From a virus (lineage: Duplodnaviria; Caudoviricetes), in the IMG/VR virus record IMGVR_UViG_3300049893_000864, positions 1 through 54,417 of that record: a stretch of 54,417 bases of DNA; one strand, written 5' to 3'. The notes below the pieces were generated by a model. That model made no database searches, had not been told where the DNA came from, and was given only the letters and a program-made list of their open reading frames with translations. Shown here in pieces: positions 21,254-29,767 of the stretch. The position numbers were made by a program, and so were the translations under genes. Position 1 is the stretch's first letter. Each line of letters begins with the position of its first letter.

Positions 21254-21676
21254 TTAGTTTGTGTAGGATTTTACTCCATACTTTTTCAATTCATCTTTTA
21301 CCCGCTTTACTTGGGTTTCAAGATCAGTCAACTCACGTTTCAGTTCCTTGATTTTTAGGATTGAACTATCATCGACTTGAAATATTTCAATTTTCTCAAT
21401 GCGTCCACCACCACCCCAAGTCCAAAAACGATCAAGAGAAACTGCATGCCTGATAACATCATCAAGTTTGCCGGTTACGTGGCCGAGAAGTGGTTCATGG
21501 TGATGACCAGCAAAATCAGGATTATCATCCTCTCCATAAATCATCCACGTTCCAGTTTCATCCCGTGAATGTTTTCCTAGAAGTGTTTTTCCACTGTACG
21601 TAACCGTAGTAAATTGATCGTATGGCGTTTTGCCGTTAATCAGTCTTTCTTTCGTCGGTGTCATTATCTTCTCCAT
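21254..21676 (-). CDS. Hypothetical protein (C-terminal coiled coil)
   Basis: Clean ORF in the co-oriented chain; WMIYGEDDNPDFAGHHHEP motif. Confidence 0.75.
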   Translation of the reverse strand: MEKIMTPTKERLINGKTPYDQFTTVTYSGKTLLGKHSRDETGTWMIYGEDDNPDFAGHHHEPLLGHVTGKLDDVIRHAVSLDRFWTWGGGGRIEKIEIFQVDDSSILKIKELKRELTDLETQVKRVKDELKKYGVKSYTN

Positions 21677-21941
21677 TATCTAATTTCCAAGTTTTCTCTA
21701 TAACCGTAACACCCGGTTTCTTCACTCCATGTTGTTCTCTCCATACCCCAATGAACCCAAGATTCTTTCCACATTTTATACAGATAGCATCACACGACAT
21801 TGTTTCACGGACTTCTTCATGTTTGCAAAACCACGTATTTGCCCATGAAATGAATACCGACAACATGACATATAAAATGATCGATGTAAGAATGATACTG
21901 GCAACAATATCCCCAAGGCTGATCGGAATTACAAACTCCAT
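21636..21941 (-). CDS. Membrane-anchored Cys-motif hypothetical protein
   Basis: N-terminal TM; CKH and CIKCGK motifs; RBS ggag. Confidence 0.65.
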   Translation of the reverse strand: MEFVIPISLGDIVASIILTSIILYVMLSVFISWANTWFCKHEEVRETMSCDAICIKCGKNLGFIGVWREQHGVKKPGVTVIEKTWKLDNGEDNDTDERKTD

Positions 21942-21951
21942 TGGTATCTCC

Positions 21952-22446
21952 TTATTCTATGTCTTGCATTTTTTCGCCGCCTAACAATACATCATAGGTG
22001 ATGGAAAATATTCTGTTTACTTCATCAAATAGTGGTTCAATTTTACTTTTGTCTGGATAGTTATCGCACAACGTAATATGTGGGCGATATTTCGGAAACG
22101 TAGGTTCACAACCAGTCAACTTTATAAGTTGTTCTCGTTCATAGATGTGCCAGTTTTCCGGGCGCTCTAGGAGCAATACCAAAACATCCTTTCCAGTTTT
22201 GCTCTTGAAAAAAGTAAGGCCGGATGGTCTAACAATGACATTGTTATTGTCAAGAACAGGAGTTTCGTTAGGAACCTTCGGTGAATACATTACAGTTAAA
22301 TGTGGTTCGTATTCATTACTACTGAGTGGTGGCAAATTCAACCACCTAGTCAAGTAACGAATCAACCAAAGGAATCCAATAGTTGGAATTACATTTCGAT
22401 AAACATAACAACCATTAGTTCCAGTGTAAGTATTATTCTTATTCAT
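21952..22446 (-). CDS. acb1: 2H phosphoesterase, Acb1/gp57B-like (anti-CBASS nuclease)
   Basis: Two HxT motifs (HLTVMYS, PHITL) plus GCYV and VLVLLL blocks that follow the T4 57B/Acb1 layout. Confidence 0.75.
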   Translation of the reverse strand: MNKNNTYTGTNGCYVYRNVIPTIGFLWLIRYLTRWLNLPPLSSNEYEPHLTVMYSPKVPNETPVLDNNNVIVRPSGLTFFKSKTGKDVLVLLLERPENWHIYEREQLIKLTGCEPTFPKYRPHITLCDNYPDKSKIEPLFDEVNRIFSITYDVLLGGEKMQDIE

Positions 22447-22453
22447 CTTTTAC

Positions 22454-22648
22454 CTATGCGGTAGTAGACAACTCTCTAACTTGCTCCGCTACTTCATCGT
22501 TGTCAATTTGAAGAAAATCATCCATCTCTGGATTATATGCTTCTACCCTATTATCACTATGATAGTACAGAAACACGCCTTTGTTCGTTTCCAAACGGGT
22601 TACGACAATATCATTCTTTTTCACAAGTTTCATTTGTTTCGATTCCAT
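22454..22648 (-). CDS. Hypothetical protein
   Basis: Co-oriented, overlapping chain. Confidence 0.6.
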   Translation of the reverse strand: MESKQMKLVKKNDIVVTRLETNKGVFLYYHSDNRVEAYNPEMDDFLQIDNDEVAEQVRELSTTA

Positions 22649-22908
22649 AGCATCTTACACAAAGAATATCCGACCGGAGTTGCAATCAGCAAACCCCAAC
22701 CACCAAGCAACATAGCACTGAAAAAATCATGGGTAACGAGAGAAACGATTGTACCAACAAATCCCGGCAAGGTAAACACTGCAAACATGAACGATCCATA
22801 GATCAAAGCGATCTTTCGATCTTCACTGAGTTTTGTTGATGCAACAATGAGTGCAGTTGCCATCAATACACCAAAATACCAAAACCAAAACGTTACGTCT
22901 ACAAGCAT
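22630..22908 (-). CDS. Small multi-pass membrane protein
   Basis: Three hydrophobic segments; RBS ggag. Confidence 0.65.
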   Translation of the reverse strand: MLVDVTFWFWYFGVLMATALIVASTKLSEDRKIALIYGSFMFAVFTLPGFVGTIVSLVTHDFFSAMLLGGWGLLIATPVGYSLCKMLWNRNK

Positions 22909-22909
22909 T

Positions 22910-23290
22910 TTACTTACTCCCTAATGCAAGCACAATCAACCCAAGATAGGTTAGCATGTGCAGATATTGATCGAATCCCAACAACCACCAGAATTGTTCA
23001 CTGGTAGTTGGACCCCAATTCAGCTTTCTATTGATATTTAGCTTGGCCCAATCAACATGATAGTGAATCATACCATCCAGAATGGAGAAAAGTACTGCTG
23101 TGCCAAAAGACACAATCGGTGCGAAGAAGAATACGATCAACGTACCAAGACCATGCAGAAAAGCGTGAAGGACACCACCGGGATGACCGTAGGTGCCCTT
23201 ATTCTTGTACTGGTATGGTCCCTGCATCAGGAAGTCAACGATGAAGTGTTTCGTGAAGAACAGAAGAAACAGCAAAAGTATTGAGTTCAT
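22910..23290 (-). CDS. DUF3307-family membrane protein
   Basis: KHFIVDFLMQ, HAFLHG, HYHVDWAK, GFDQYLH. Confidence 0.85.
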   Translation of the reverse strand: MNSILLLFLLFFTKHFIVDFLMQGPYQYKNKGTYGHPGGVLHAFLHGLGTLIVFFFAPIVSFGTAVLFSILDGMIHYHVDWAKLNINRKLNWGPTTSEQFWWLLGFDQYLHMLTYLGLIVLALGSK

Positions 23291-23330
23291 TATTAATCCA
23301 AGGTAGCAGTGTTGGCAAGATGACTACTGT

Positions 23331-23537
23331 CTAGAAAACAATCACTTTAGTACTTCTAAAATCAAGCAACTTACAACGCTTGCACTTCCGTTTTTGTAGG
23401 AATAATCTCCCAATGACTGTAGGATTATGTTTATTGTTCTCATTCTCACGCAAAACATCGTTTTCTGCATGAAGTGACCAATCAGACCAATCGTGAAACA
23501 ATGTACCTCTACACATGTTTACTCCTCCGCTCCCCAA
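23331..23537 (-). CDS. Small Cys-rich hypothetical protein
   Basis: FHDWSDW...RKCKRC; true start probably MCRG near 23516. Confidence 0.55.
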   Translation of the reverse strand: MGSGGVNMCRGTLFHDWSDWSLHAENDVLRENENNKHNPTVIGRLFLQKRKCKRCKLLDFRSTKVIVF

Positions 23538-23830
23538 GTACGGTGCTTTTCAGCAACCCATTCGTTACCACCATATTCATCGATCTGCCATTTAACATCA
23601 GCAGGGATTTCAACAATCCGCAATTCCGCAGCCCGACCGTTTGCTTCCTCACCAAGTGTTTCCACAATTTCAACAAGCAGCGGATCATCCCGCTTCCAAT
23701 ACCAAGAATACTCAGGAACCGGCAACCCGGCATCAACCAACTTTTGTTTGTAAAGTTTTGCCGCTTTCTCAGACAGAGAAAAACCACCATAACAAGCATT
23801 GATTACAACCTTACGAGTTTTCATTTCCAC
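23519..23830 (-). CDS. Conserved phage hypothetical protein
   Basis: KVVINACYGGFSLS...RDDPLLVEIVETLG...IDEYGGNEWVAEKHRTW, a widespread phage family. Confidence 0.85.
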   Translation of the reverse strand: MEMKTRKVVINACYGGFSLSEKAAKLYKQKLVDAGLPVPEYSWYWKRDDPLLVEIVETLGEEANGRAAELRIVEIPADVKWQIDEYGGNEWVAEKHRTWGAEE

Positions 23831-24015
23831 TCCAATCTTTTCAATTCCTCTTCATAATACCGTTGTACTTCCCGAGCGCCGAGATTATTGTTTTCATCGG
23901 TCAATACTCGCACCCTAGCCCGCAACTTTTTTGCCTTCTCTCTTTCTTGCATGAGAAGAACAATCAATTCTTGCTTGGAAAGCTTCTTAAAATCGAGAGC
24001 CATTACATACTCCAA
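23821..24015 (-). CDS. Coiled-coil hypothetical protein
   Basis: Overlapping chain; start probably 24003. Confidence 0.6.
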   Translation of the reverse strand: MEYVMALDFKKLSKQELIVLLMQEREKAKKLRARVRVLTDENNNLGAREVQRYYEEELKRLEWK

Positions 24016-24314
24016 TACAGTTCAGTAGAAGGATCACAACAACGAGGCGTATTAGCCTTGACTTTGATCGGATCACCAAAGATCGTTTTCTTGTCCAGTT
24101 CCTTCTCGATTTCCTTGTAGAAAGTACGAGCGTCGGCAATCGCATAATCCGCAGGATCGGGCATTGCAACACCGGATGCACGACACTGATACTCAAGATT
24201 CGTCAGATGGCGAGTCAACGCTGCTTTCGCAGCACCGAGAGTCTTGTAGCATTCCTTACCCTTTGCACCCTTAACGATTACCGTAGAGTGAACATTGTAG
24301 ACGACGTACATCAT
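24003..24314 (-). CDS. Conserved phage hypothetical protein
   Basis: YKTLGAAKAALTR...NTPRCCDPSTELYWSM. Confidence 0.8.
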   Translation of the reverse strand: MMYVVYNVHSTVIVKGAKGKECYKTLGAAKAALTRHLTNLEYQCRASGVAMPDPADYAIADARTFYKEIEKELDKKTIFGDPIKVKANTPRCCDPSTELYWSM

Positions 24315-24559
24315 GATTGTTTACCATCTCGCATAATGCGATCAACAAAATCGAAATATGATGTCCAACCAACGGCCATCAATATCGCCCCGCATAATCC
24401 AAGCACAAATCCCACAAACAAACCGGCGATATAACCGACAAAGCTTGCGACAAAGCATACAGCAAAGCCGATCAGTGCAGACCACGCAAGAGCGTAGATA
24501 AATGTCAGCGCACCGCCAATGCTGTAATAGATCAATTCATTTCTTAGCTTTGACATCAT
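24311..24559 (-). CDS. Small membrane protein
   Basis: Two TM helices; overlaps neighbours. Confidence 0.65.
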   Translation of the reverse strand: MMSKLRNELIYYSIGGALTFIYALAWSALIGFAVCFVASFVGYIAGLFVGFVLGLCGAILMAVGWTSYFDFVDRIMRDGKQS

Positions 24560-24777
24560 TGTGACCGCTTTCTAATCAAAGGTTTCGCATCATCAGTATC
24601 CCAAGTACTATGAATCATGTATCCGACGACCCAAGTCAGCGGGCCGATCAAACCAGCATACAACCCTATGAAAAGATCAAACAGAAATAGATCATAATCC
24701 CTTATCCACCAGTAGATATAACCAGCAACGCCTGACAAGTACAATGCTACGATCAACAAAATTACCGTAAAGTCCAT
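24556..24777 (-). CDS. Small membrane protein
   Basis: Two TM helices. Confidence 0.65.
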   Translation of the reverse strand: MDFTVILLIVALYLSGVAGYIYWWIRDYDLFLFDLFIGLYAGLIGPLTWVVGYMIHSTWDTDDAKPLIRKRSQ

Positions 24778-24781
24778 TTCA

Positions 24782-25180
24782 TCACCTAGTAAGTTCGCAG
24801 CCGATAATATCGGACAGCGTGATTGAAGATTGTCCCGACTGATCTACGATCATCGCCGGAGAAAAGAACACAGCAAATCGCATTTTACCGATCATTGCAG
24901 ACTGCGCTTGCTGAAAGCATTGTGCGATCACCTGCGAATCTTTGGCGTAGATGCTGACTTGCACAGTATTACTATAACTGACGCCAACCAGTGCCGTGAG
25001 GATAGTGCGGTCAAACGCTTTCGGAAAAGGAATGCCAAAAGCACCATCAGTGAGGCTCTTAACATACGTAACATTTTGAAACTCCACTTCGTAAGTATTG
25101 ACTCCAACCAAATGCGGATTGAACGCACTACAAGCGCCGGAAAGTGCCATCAAAGCGGCACAGAGAAAAGAACGAATCAT
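24782..25180 (-). CDS. Putative exported protein (signal peptide)
   Basis: MIRSFLCAALMALSGACSA-FNP signal peptide; start reassigned to 25180 (RBS ggagg). Confidence 0.7.
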   Translation of the reverse strand: MIRSFLCAALMALSGACSAFNPHLVGVNTYEVEFQNVTYVKSLTDGAFGIPFPKAFDRTILTALVGVSYSNTVQVSIYAKDSQVIAQCFQQAQSAMIGKMRFAVFFSPAMIVDQSGQSSITLSDIIGCELTR

Positions 25181-25401
25181 CAAAACGCCTCCAGCAAAGA
25201 AGTAAGTAGAAAGAAAACAGATGCAGCAAGAGCAATCGAAACTACAACAGACGTTGCTGCGATAACCGCTGCCCATCCCGGCTCACGATAACTGAGTATC
25301 GTTATATCCCGCATGATCCATGTGAAGCAACCAGCGCCCAATACAACACATAGCGGGACGAATAGAAGGTGAATCCAATCAAAGTCCATAAGACACTCCA
25401 A
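25180..25401 (-). CDS. Small membrane protein
   Basis: Two TM helices; RBS ggag before MDF. Confidence 0.6.
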   Translation of the reverse strand: MECLMDFDWIHLLFVPLCVVLGAGCFTWIMRDITILSYREPGWAAVIAATSVVVSIALAASVFFLLTSLLEAF

Positions 25402-25572
25402 TTTTTACAAGCGCCACCAAGATCGCAGCGCACGAAAAGTACAAAGAAAAAAACAAAATTAGCTGCTCGCCAAATACGCTTTGCACTGCAAGTGATCGAA
25501 TAGTATGCGATTAAAGATCGCAAAAGGTAAGGGCCGACGAATCGGCCCGAATGGTCAGAGTGCGTGATGCGA

Positions 25573-25794
25573 TCAAGCGTGAAACCCGCTCCTGTAATCC
25601 GCCACGGGAACGAACTCGCCAACCTGCAATTGCGACACGATGTAATCGAGCGTTGAACTAATCATTAGCGACCCATCAGGATGCCGCAGGGTAGCATAAA
25701 CTTCGTCCCGTCCGGGTTCCGAAGGGCGACGAAATTCGCCAATGTAACAACCGAGAGGAAAGGTTCGTTTCATGTTAACACTCCGTCCGATCAT
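25573..25794 (-). CDS. Hypothetical protein
   Basis: Start probably MKRTF near 25773 (RBS ggag). Confidence 0.6.
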   Translation of the reverse strand: MIGRSVNMKRTFPLGCYIGEFRRPSEPGRDEVYATLRHPDGSLMISSTLDYIVSQLQVGEFVPVADYRSGFHA

Positions 25795-25926
25795 TGAGAA
25801 AACACCATACCTTCAACCGCAGTGGATACAACCTCCAGATTGTCATGGGTACACGACTCAACCAGTCCGCAAAAAATTCTTTGATTCGTTTCATGATTTT
25901 CTCTTGTATTTACCGTATATGATGGG

Positions 25927-26253
25927 TTATTTGATCCGTGCGTGGCCGGAGATTCGTGCGTCGCCAGAGACCCATGCGCTGCCGGAGATTCGTGCGTCGC
26001 CAGAGACCTGTGCGTTGCCGTAGACCCATGCGCTGCCGTAGACCCATGCATCGCCGTAAATCCGTGCGTTACCGGAGACCCCTGCGTCGCCAGAGACCCA
26101 GCATTCTCCCTCTTGCGAGAGATTTTTCTCGGTCTCAACCCATCCACCGAGGTCTCCTGCCCGCACTCCAATTGAAGGAATATCCTTCAAGGCACGGATA
26201 CGACAAAGACCCTGCTCGCTTCTGTTGTCAGTCAGTTCGTATTTCATGATCAA
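25927..26253 (-). CDS. Hexapeptide-repeat (left-handed beta-helix) phage protein
   Basis: RIRALKD...GDLGGWVETEKNLSQEGECWV followed by (V/I)-S/Y-G-D/N/S-A-x repeats; 18-bp DNA period at about 25935-26100. Confidence 0.85.
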   Translation of the reverse strand: MIMKYELTDNRSEQGLCRIRALKDIPSIGVRAGDLGGWVETEKNLSQEGECWVSGDAGVSGNARIYGDAWVYGSAWVYGNAQVSGDARISGSAWVSGDARISGHARIK

Positions 26254-26483
26254 CCCTGCCCAAAAGCGCCGACCGAAATGCCGGTATGCCTGACCATATC
26301 CTCGGCAGCGGCCAGATCAGGGTCATCCTTGCCGAACGATCCGGCGAGCCTGTATCCGATCCACAGGTCATCCTCGGCAATGGCGTAGATAAACAACCCT
26401 TCCCACAGTTTACCGATGTCCCGATACGTGGCATGATGGAACGTACCAGAATCGAGCATCGTGCGAAGTTCGGTCAACGTCAT
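26250..26483 (-). CDS. Hypothetical protein
   Basis: RBS aggag; co-oriented. Confidence 0.7.
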   Translation of the reverse strand: MTLTELRTMLDSGTFHHATYRDIGKLWEGLFIYAIAEDDLWIGYRLAGSFGKDDPDLAAAEDMVRHTGISVGAFGQG

Positions 26484-26498
26484 GATTTTCTCCTGTAT

Positions 26499-26846
26499 TT
26501 ACCGCACCGAGTTGATATAGCCGTAAGGCAGATTGTTGAGATATTCGAAATAACCGACATCATCGGTGCCATCGGCATCCATCAGATACAGCACGGCAGC
26601 CGCACGGTCGCAGTGGCAAACATCCATTACCGAAGCGACGCTCGCCTCGAAACAACGGATGCCCTCTTGCTCACGCTCAGACTCGATCCGCACCGTGCGG
26701 GCGAGTGAACCCAACAGCGAATCCCACTCCGCTTGCTTGTCATCAGGCGATGCGCTTGACCACCATTGCCGCCAGTCATCCGACGGGCGAAAACCGAATG
26801 CATCCTTGTGCAAGTCAGAAACGAGATGGTCGCAGTAGGTATACAT
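26499..26846 (-). CDS. Conserved phage early protein (SDLHKDAFGFRP family)
   Basis: First gene after the promoter at 26874-26902. Confidence 0.8.
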   Translation of the reverse strand: MYTYCDHLVSDLHKDAFGFRPSDDWRQWWSSASPDDKQAEWDSLLGSLARTVRIESEREQEGIRCFEASVASVMDVCHCDRAAAVLYLMDADGTDDVGYFEYLNNLPYGYINSVR

Positions 26847-26873
26847 GATTGCCCTTTGTCAGTGTATGTGTGC

Positions 26874-26902
26874 ATTATAGCACAAGGCGGAATAAATGTC
26901 AA
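26874..26902 (-). promoter_or_regulatory. Sigma70 early promoter P1
   Basis: TTGACA-17-TATAAT, perfect consensus. Confidence 0.9.
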
Positions 26903-27013
26903 CACCCTCGCTCCCAGAGGGAGAAAGGGTGGAATTTTGATCGAATTGATGTCAGTGCGCTACGTCATTCTCTCGCTTCATTCGTTGCCATGCCAACTTC
27001 TCGGATAGGGTCA

Positions 27014-27274
27014 TCAATCGTCATCGCCATCGTCATCGCCATCGTCAGCGGGCCAGTAGATACCGAGGGACTCGTATGTGCATTCGTCGGGCACATTCAA
27101 AACATCGTAATGGAATCCATCGCCGTCGCAACCGCAGTAATCAGGCCCGTATATTTCGCCCCTGTCATATCGTGCTTCTTGCTTTTTGATCCAATCCTCG
27201 TTGAATGTGTATTGAATCGCATACGACCCGTCGCCACAATCCTGCACCAGTAAATACAGCTTTCTCACTTCCAC
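27014..27274 (-). CDS. Acidic hypothetical protein
   Basis: LVQDCGDGSY; C-terminal DDGDDDGDDD. Confidence 0.7.
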   Translation of the reverse strand: MEVRKLYLLVQDCGDGSYAIQYTFNEDWIKKQEARYDRGEIYGPDYCGCDGDGFHYDVLNVPDECTYESLGIYWPADDGDDDGDDD

Positions 27275-27409
27275 TCTCCAGAGGGTTGTTCAATCAGGTT
27301 TTGAGTAAGTCTACCATGATTTGTTCAGACATTGGTTGAACACTGCAAATTTCATTTGCAAGCTGTTCAGGAAAGAATTTTCTAATTCTGTCAATTGCAG
27401 TTTGATCCA

Positions 27410-27778
27410 TTACAAAACTTCCTTAAGAACACGCCAATCTACAAGCATATTATTATCAAATGTGATTTCAACAGGAATACCCTTGAGTTGTGTCACATCA
27501 CAAACCTTGGCATCCTGCATGATTTGATTCACCTTACGCATAGTCTTGGCGAATCCTGCATCACGATCAGCTTCGGTCCACTTGCAATGTTTGTCACACT
27601 TAATATCAAGTGACCAGCCTTCAGAAATAGTAGTTCCAACTCCCCAACCATCAGCAGAAAATTCAAGACTCAAACCAAATTGGCAATCTTGATAACCAAC
27701 ATAACCAAACTTTACTCCTGAAATCTTACCGAGCCTTTTTTCCATTATCTTCTCCATTGTTTGCCGCAATCCTCGCAC
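27410..27778 (-). CDS. Conserved phage hypothetical protein
   Basis: LGKISGVKFGYVGYQDCQFG...LKGIPVEITF...WRVLKEVL; start probably near 27757. Confidence 0.8.
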   Translation of the reverse strand: MRGLRQTMEKIMEKRLGKISGVKFGYVGYQDCQFGLSLEFSADGWGVGTTISEGWSLDIKCDKHCKWTEADRDAGFAKTMRKVNQIMQDAKVCDVTQLKGIPVEITFDNNMLVDWRVLKEVL

Positions 27779-28023
27779 ACACGTTCCTCAATGCGGATCG
27801 GATACCGCATTCTGCCGGCATCGTGATATTCATTGTGAACGATTCTGACGTTATCGTGCGGACACATGCTGCGAATTTCAACGTCAACGGCAATCATCTG
27901 ACGTGCCAATTCGCCCATCTGACGTTCCAATGAACGTTGCGCTTTCTTAAGCGCAGCCTTTGCCGCACGAGCCTCATTGAGACTACGCATATCGACCTCC
28001 GAACAATTCGAACTGAATGTCAC
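27745..28023 (-). CDS. Coiled-coil/Zn-ribbon hypothetical protein
   Basis: CPH...CEDCGK; start probably MRSL near 27990. Confidence 0.7.
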   Translation of the reverse strand: MTFSSNCSEVDMRSLNEARAAKAALKKAQRSLERQMGELARQMIAVDVEIRSMCPHDNVRIVHNEYHDAGRMRYPIRIEERVCEDCGKQWRR

Positions 28024-28222
28024 CGATTTGATTCGCCAGCACCCGGTCGAGCTTCATCGACAACAGAGTATGCCCGACCAATGACCAGAAAAGGCAAACG
28101 TGCATGCTCGCATCCGAGTCACACACGGCCAAGGCCGACAGGTACTCACTATTCGCCGCCTCAAAGGGATGGCGATTATCGAAGTCCAGTCGGGCGGCAG
28201 TAGTCAGAATGGGGGAAGTCAT
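27983..28222 (-). CDS. Hypothetical protein
   Basis: First gene downstream of P2. Confidence 0.65.
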   Translation of the reverse strand: MTSPILTTAARLDFDNRHPFEAANSEYLSALAVCDSDASMHVCLFWSLVGHTLLSMKLDRVLANQIGDIQFELFGGRYA

Positions 28223-28254
28223 GATTTACCTAGTGATTGAATTACGATGATTGC

Positions 28255-28283
28255 ATTATCGCATAAAGGCGATTATTTGTCAA
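28255..28283 (-). promoter_or_regulatory. Early promoter repeat P2
   Basis: TTGACAAATAATCGCCTTTATGCGATAAT. Confidence 0.9.
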
Positions 28284-28296
28284 GCCTATCGGTGGC

Positions 28297-28425
28297 TCAC
28301 TTCCGATTCCGACGAACCGGAGCCGAACGGAATTGCCTACGGAATTGCCAGCACGACATTGCCGCCAGCGTAGCGAACGGTGCGATCACGACTAGCAGGA
28401 TCAGGATCATGATTGAGAAGTTCAT
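28297..28425 (-). CDS. 42-aa membrane peptide (not in ORF track)
   Basis: MNFSIMILILLVVIAPFATLAAMSCWQFRRQFRSAPVRRNRK; RBS ggag; sole gene of the P3 cassette. Confidence 0.65.
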   Translation of the reverse strand: MNFSIMILILLVVIAPFATLAAMSCWQFRRQFRSAPVRRNRK

Positions 28426-28456
28426 TTGATCACTCCGGTTGATTTACGATGATTGC

Positions 28457-28485
28457 ATCATCGCACAAGGGCGATTATTTGTCAA
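28457..28485 (-). promoter_or_regulatory. Early promoter repeat P3
   Basis: TTGACAAATAATCGCCCTTGTGCGATGAT. Confidence 0.8.
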
Positions 28486-28702
28486 CCCCTAGTGCGACAC
28501 GCTTGCTCGCATAGTAATCGTTTCTGATCCGCCGATATTCGAGATCAACATCCGATTCGAACTTGTCGGACGGGACATCATAGGCCCATGCAATCAGGCC
28601 GGAATCGTCAATGCCCAAATCATTCGACCCAGACATGTAAGAGGAAAACATTTGCCGAGCTGCACGGGCGACTACCTCGGTGTATGTACGATAGGGCTTC
28701 AT
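28475..28702 (-). CDS. Hypothetical protein
   Basis: Sole gene of the P4 cassette; ends GVDK* inside the next promoter. Confidence 0.75.
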   Translation of the reverse strand: MKPYRTYTEVVARAARQMFSSYMSGSNDLGIDDSGLIAWAYDVPSDKFESDVDLEYRRIRNDYYASKRVALGVDK

Positions 28703-28732
28703 TTACGATTCCGATTGATTTACGATGATTGC

Positions 28733-28761
28733 ATTATCGCACAAGGGCGATTATTTGTCAA
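28733..28761 (-). promoter_or_regulatory. Early promoter repeat P4
   Basis: TTGACAAATAATCGCCCTTGTGCGATAAT. Confidence 0.9.
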
Positions 28762-28767
28762 CCCCAC

Positions 28768-28801
28768 AAAAGCAAGAGGCCCGCAGTGCACTGCGGGCCT
28801 C
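28768..28801 (-). terminator. Terminator hairpin
   Basis: Perfect palindrome gaggcccgcagtgcactgcgggcctc with a U-rich tail. Confidence 0.8.
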
Positions 28802-28908
28802 AACGACTCTCTAAGATTAACTAAACTGAAAAAGTTACATTAGCCCATCGGTGGCTCACCTCCGTGCGCCTATCTTAATTTGCTAATGATTAGCCTACAC
28901 TAGCGTAA

Positions 28909-29082
28909 TTACTTGCGAGTGCAAGTAATCGCACCACCAAGAACTAACGCTGCCGCCCATGTCCCGATGTTGTACGGAATTGCCAGCATTGGAAACAGCG
29001 TATTTAGCGCCCAAATTGTGGCAATCGGGCCGATTGCGATCAGCAAGATGATCAGCACGATTGCCAAGGTTGTTGCCTTCAT
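28909..29082 (-). CDS. 57-aa membrane protein (not in ORF track)
   Basis: MKATTLAIVLIILLIAIGPIATIWALNTLFPMLAIPYNIGTWAAALVLGGAITCTRK. Confidence 0.75.
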   Translation of the reverse strand: MKATTLAIVLIILLIAIGPIATIWALNTLFPMLAIPYNIGTWAAALVLGGAITCTRK

Positions 29083-29098
29083 TGCGACCCCCTATCGA

Positions 29099-29392
29099 TT
29101 AAAAGTCATCGCCATAATAACCGTAATCCTCGTCGGTGCCCCATCCTGCACTCGCCAGCACGTCGGCATCGGCCTCGGCATCCGAGTTGAACGGATCGAA
29201 CTCGCCGTCGCCCGCATCCATCACTACCTCGTAATTCACCAGCAGCGATTCCGCCAGCACTCGTTTGTACCGGCCCAGTTCATCGGAATACAACCCGTAG
29301 AATTCTCCACGATGATCCGATCCCTCGGCAAGGATTTCCCACTCCATGCCATCACCATCGACGACGATGGTGCCAAGTACGCATTTGCCCAT
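29099..29392 (-). CDS. Highly acidic hypothetical protein
   Basis: Start reassigned to MGKC (RBS ggag); C-terminal DADVLASAGWGTDEDYGYYGDDF. Confidence 0.75.
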   Translation of the reverse strand: MGKCVLGTIVVDGDGMEWEILAEGSDHRGEFYGLYSDELGRYKRVLAESLLVNYEVVMDAGDGEFDPFNSDAEADADVLASAGWGTDEDYGYYGDDF

Positions 29393-29422
29393 TTGTTGCT
29401 CCGGTTGATTTACGATGATTGC

Positions 29423-29451
29423 ATTATCGCACAAGGGCGATTATTTGTCAA
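29423..29451 (-). promoter_or_regulatory. Early promoter repeat P5
   Basis: Identical to P4 over about 45 bp. Confidence 0.9.
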
Positions 29452-29460
29452 GTGGTCCGA

Positions 29461-29703
29461 TCAGGACTGATCGTATACCCATTCGCCCAATTGCGAGGCA
29501 AGTTCCGCCTCACGAGCGGGCCGAGCGTCCCGAATGTACGTTGCGAAGTCAAGGGAAACTTCCACCGTCGGCGCTGCCGTGTTGTCGAACGGGCCGAGGA
29601 CATTCTCGACCGTATCGACCATCGATTGCATCATCGACAGACACCCGCACAGCACGATGAACAATTCACCCGTTTCCCGCATCATGAATGTCCGAACAAA
29701 CAT
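29461..29703 (-). CDS. Hypothetical protein
   Basis: Sole gene of the P6 cassette; RBS ggag. Confidence 0.7.
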   Translation of the reverse strand: MFVRTFMMRETGELFIVLCGCLSMMQSMVDTVENVLGPFDNTAAPTVEVSLDFATYIRDARPAREAELASQLGEWVYDQS

Positions 29704-29735
29704 TTTTTGTACTCCGATTGATTTACGATGATTGC

Positions 29736-29764
29736 ATTATCGCACAAGGGCGATTATTTGTCAA
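29736..29764 (-). promoter_or_regulatory. Early promoter repeat P6
   Basis: Identical to P4/P5. Confidence 0.9.
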
Positions 29765-29767
29765 CCC

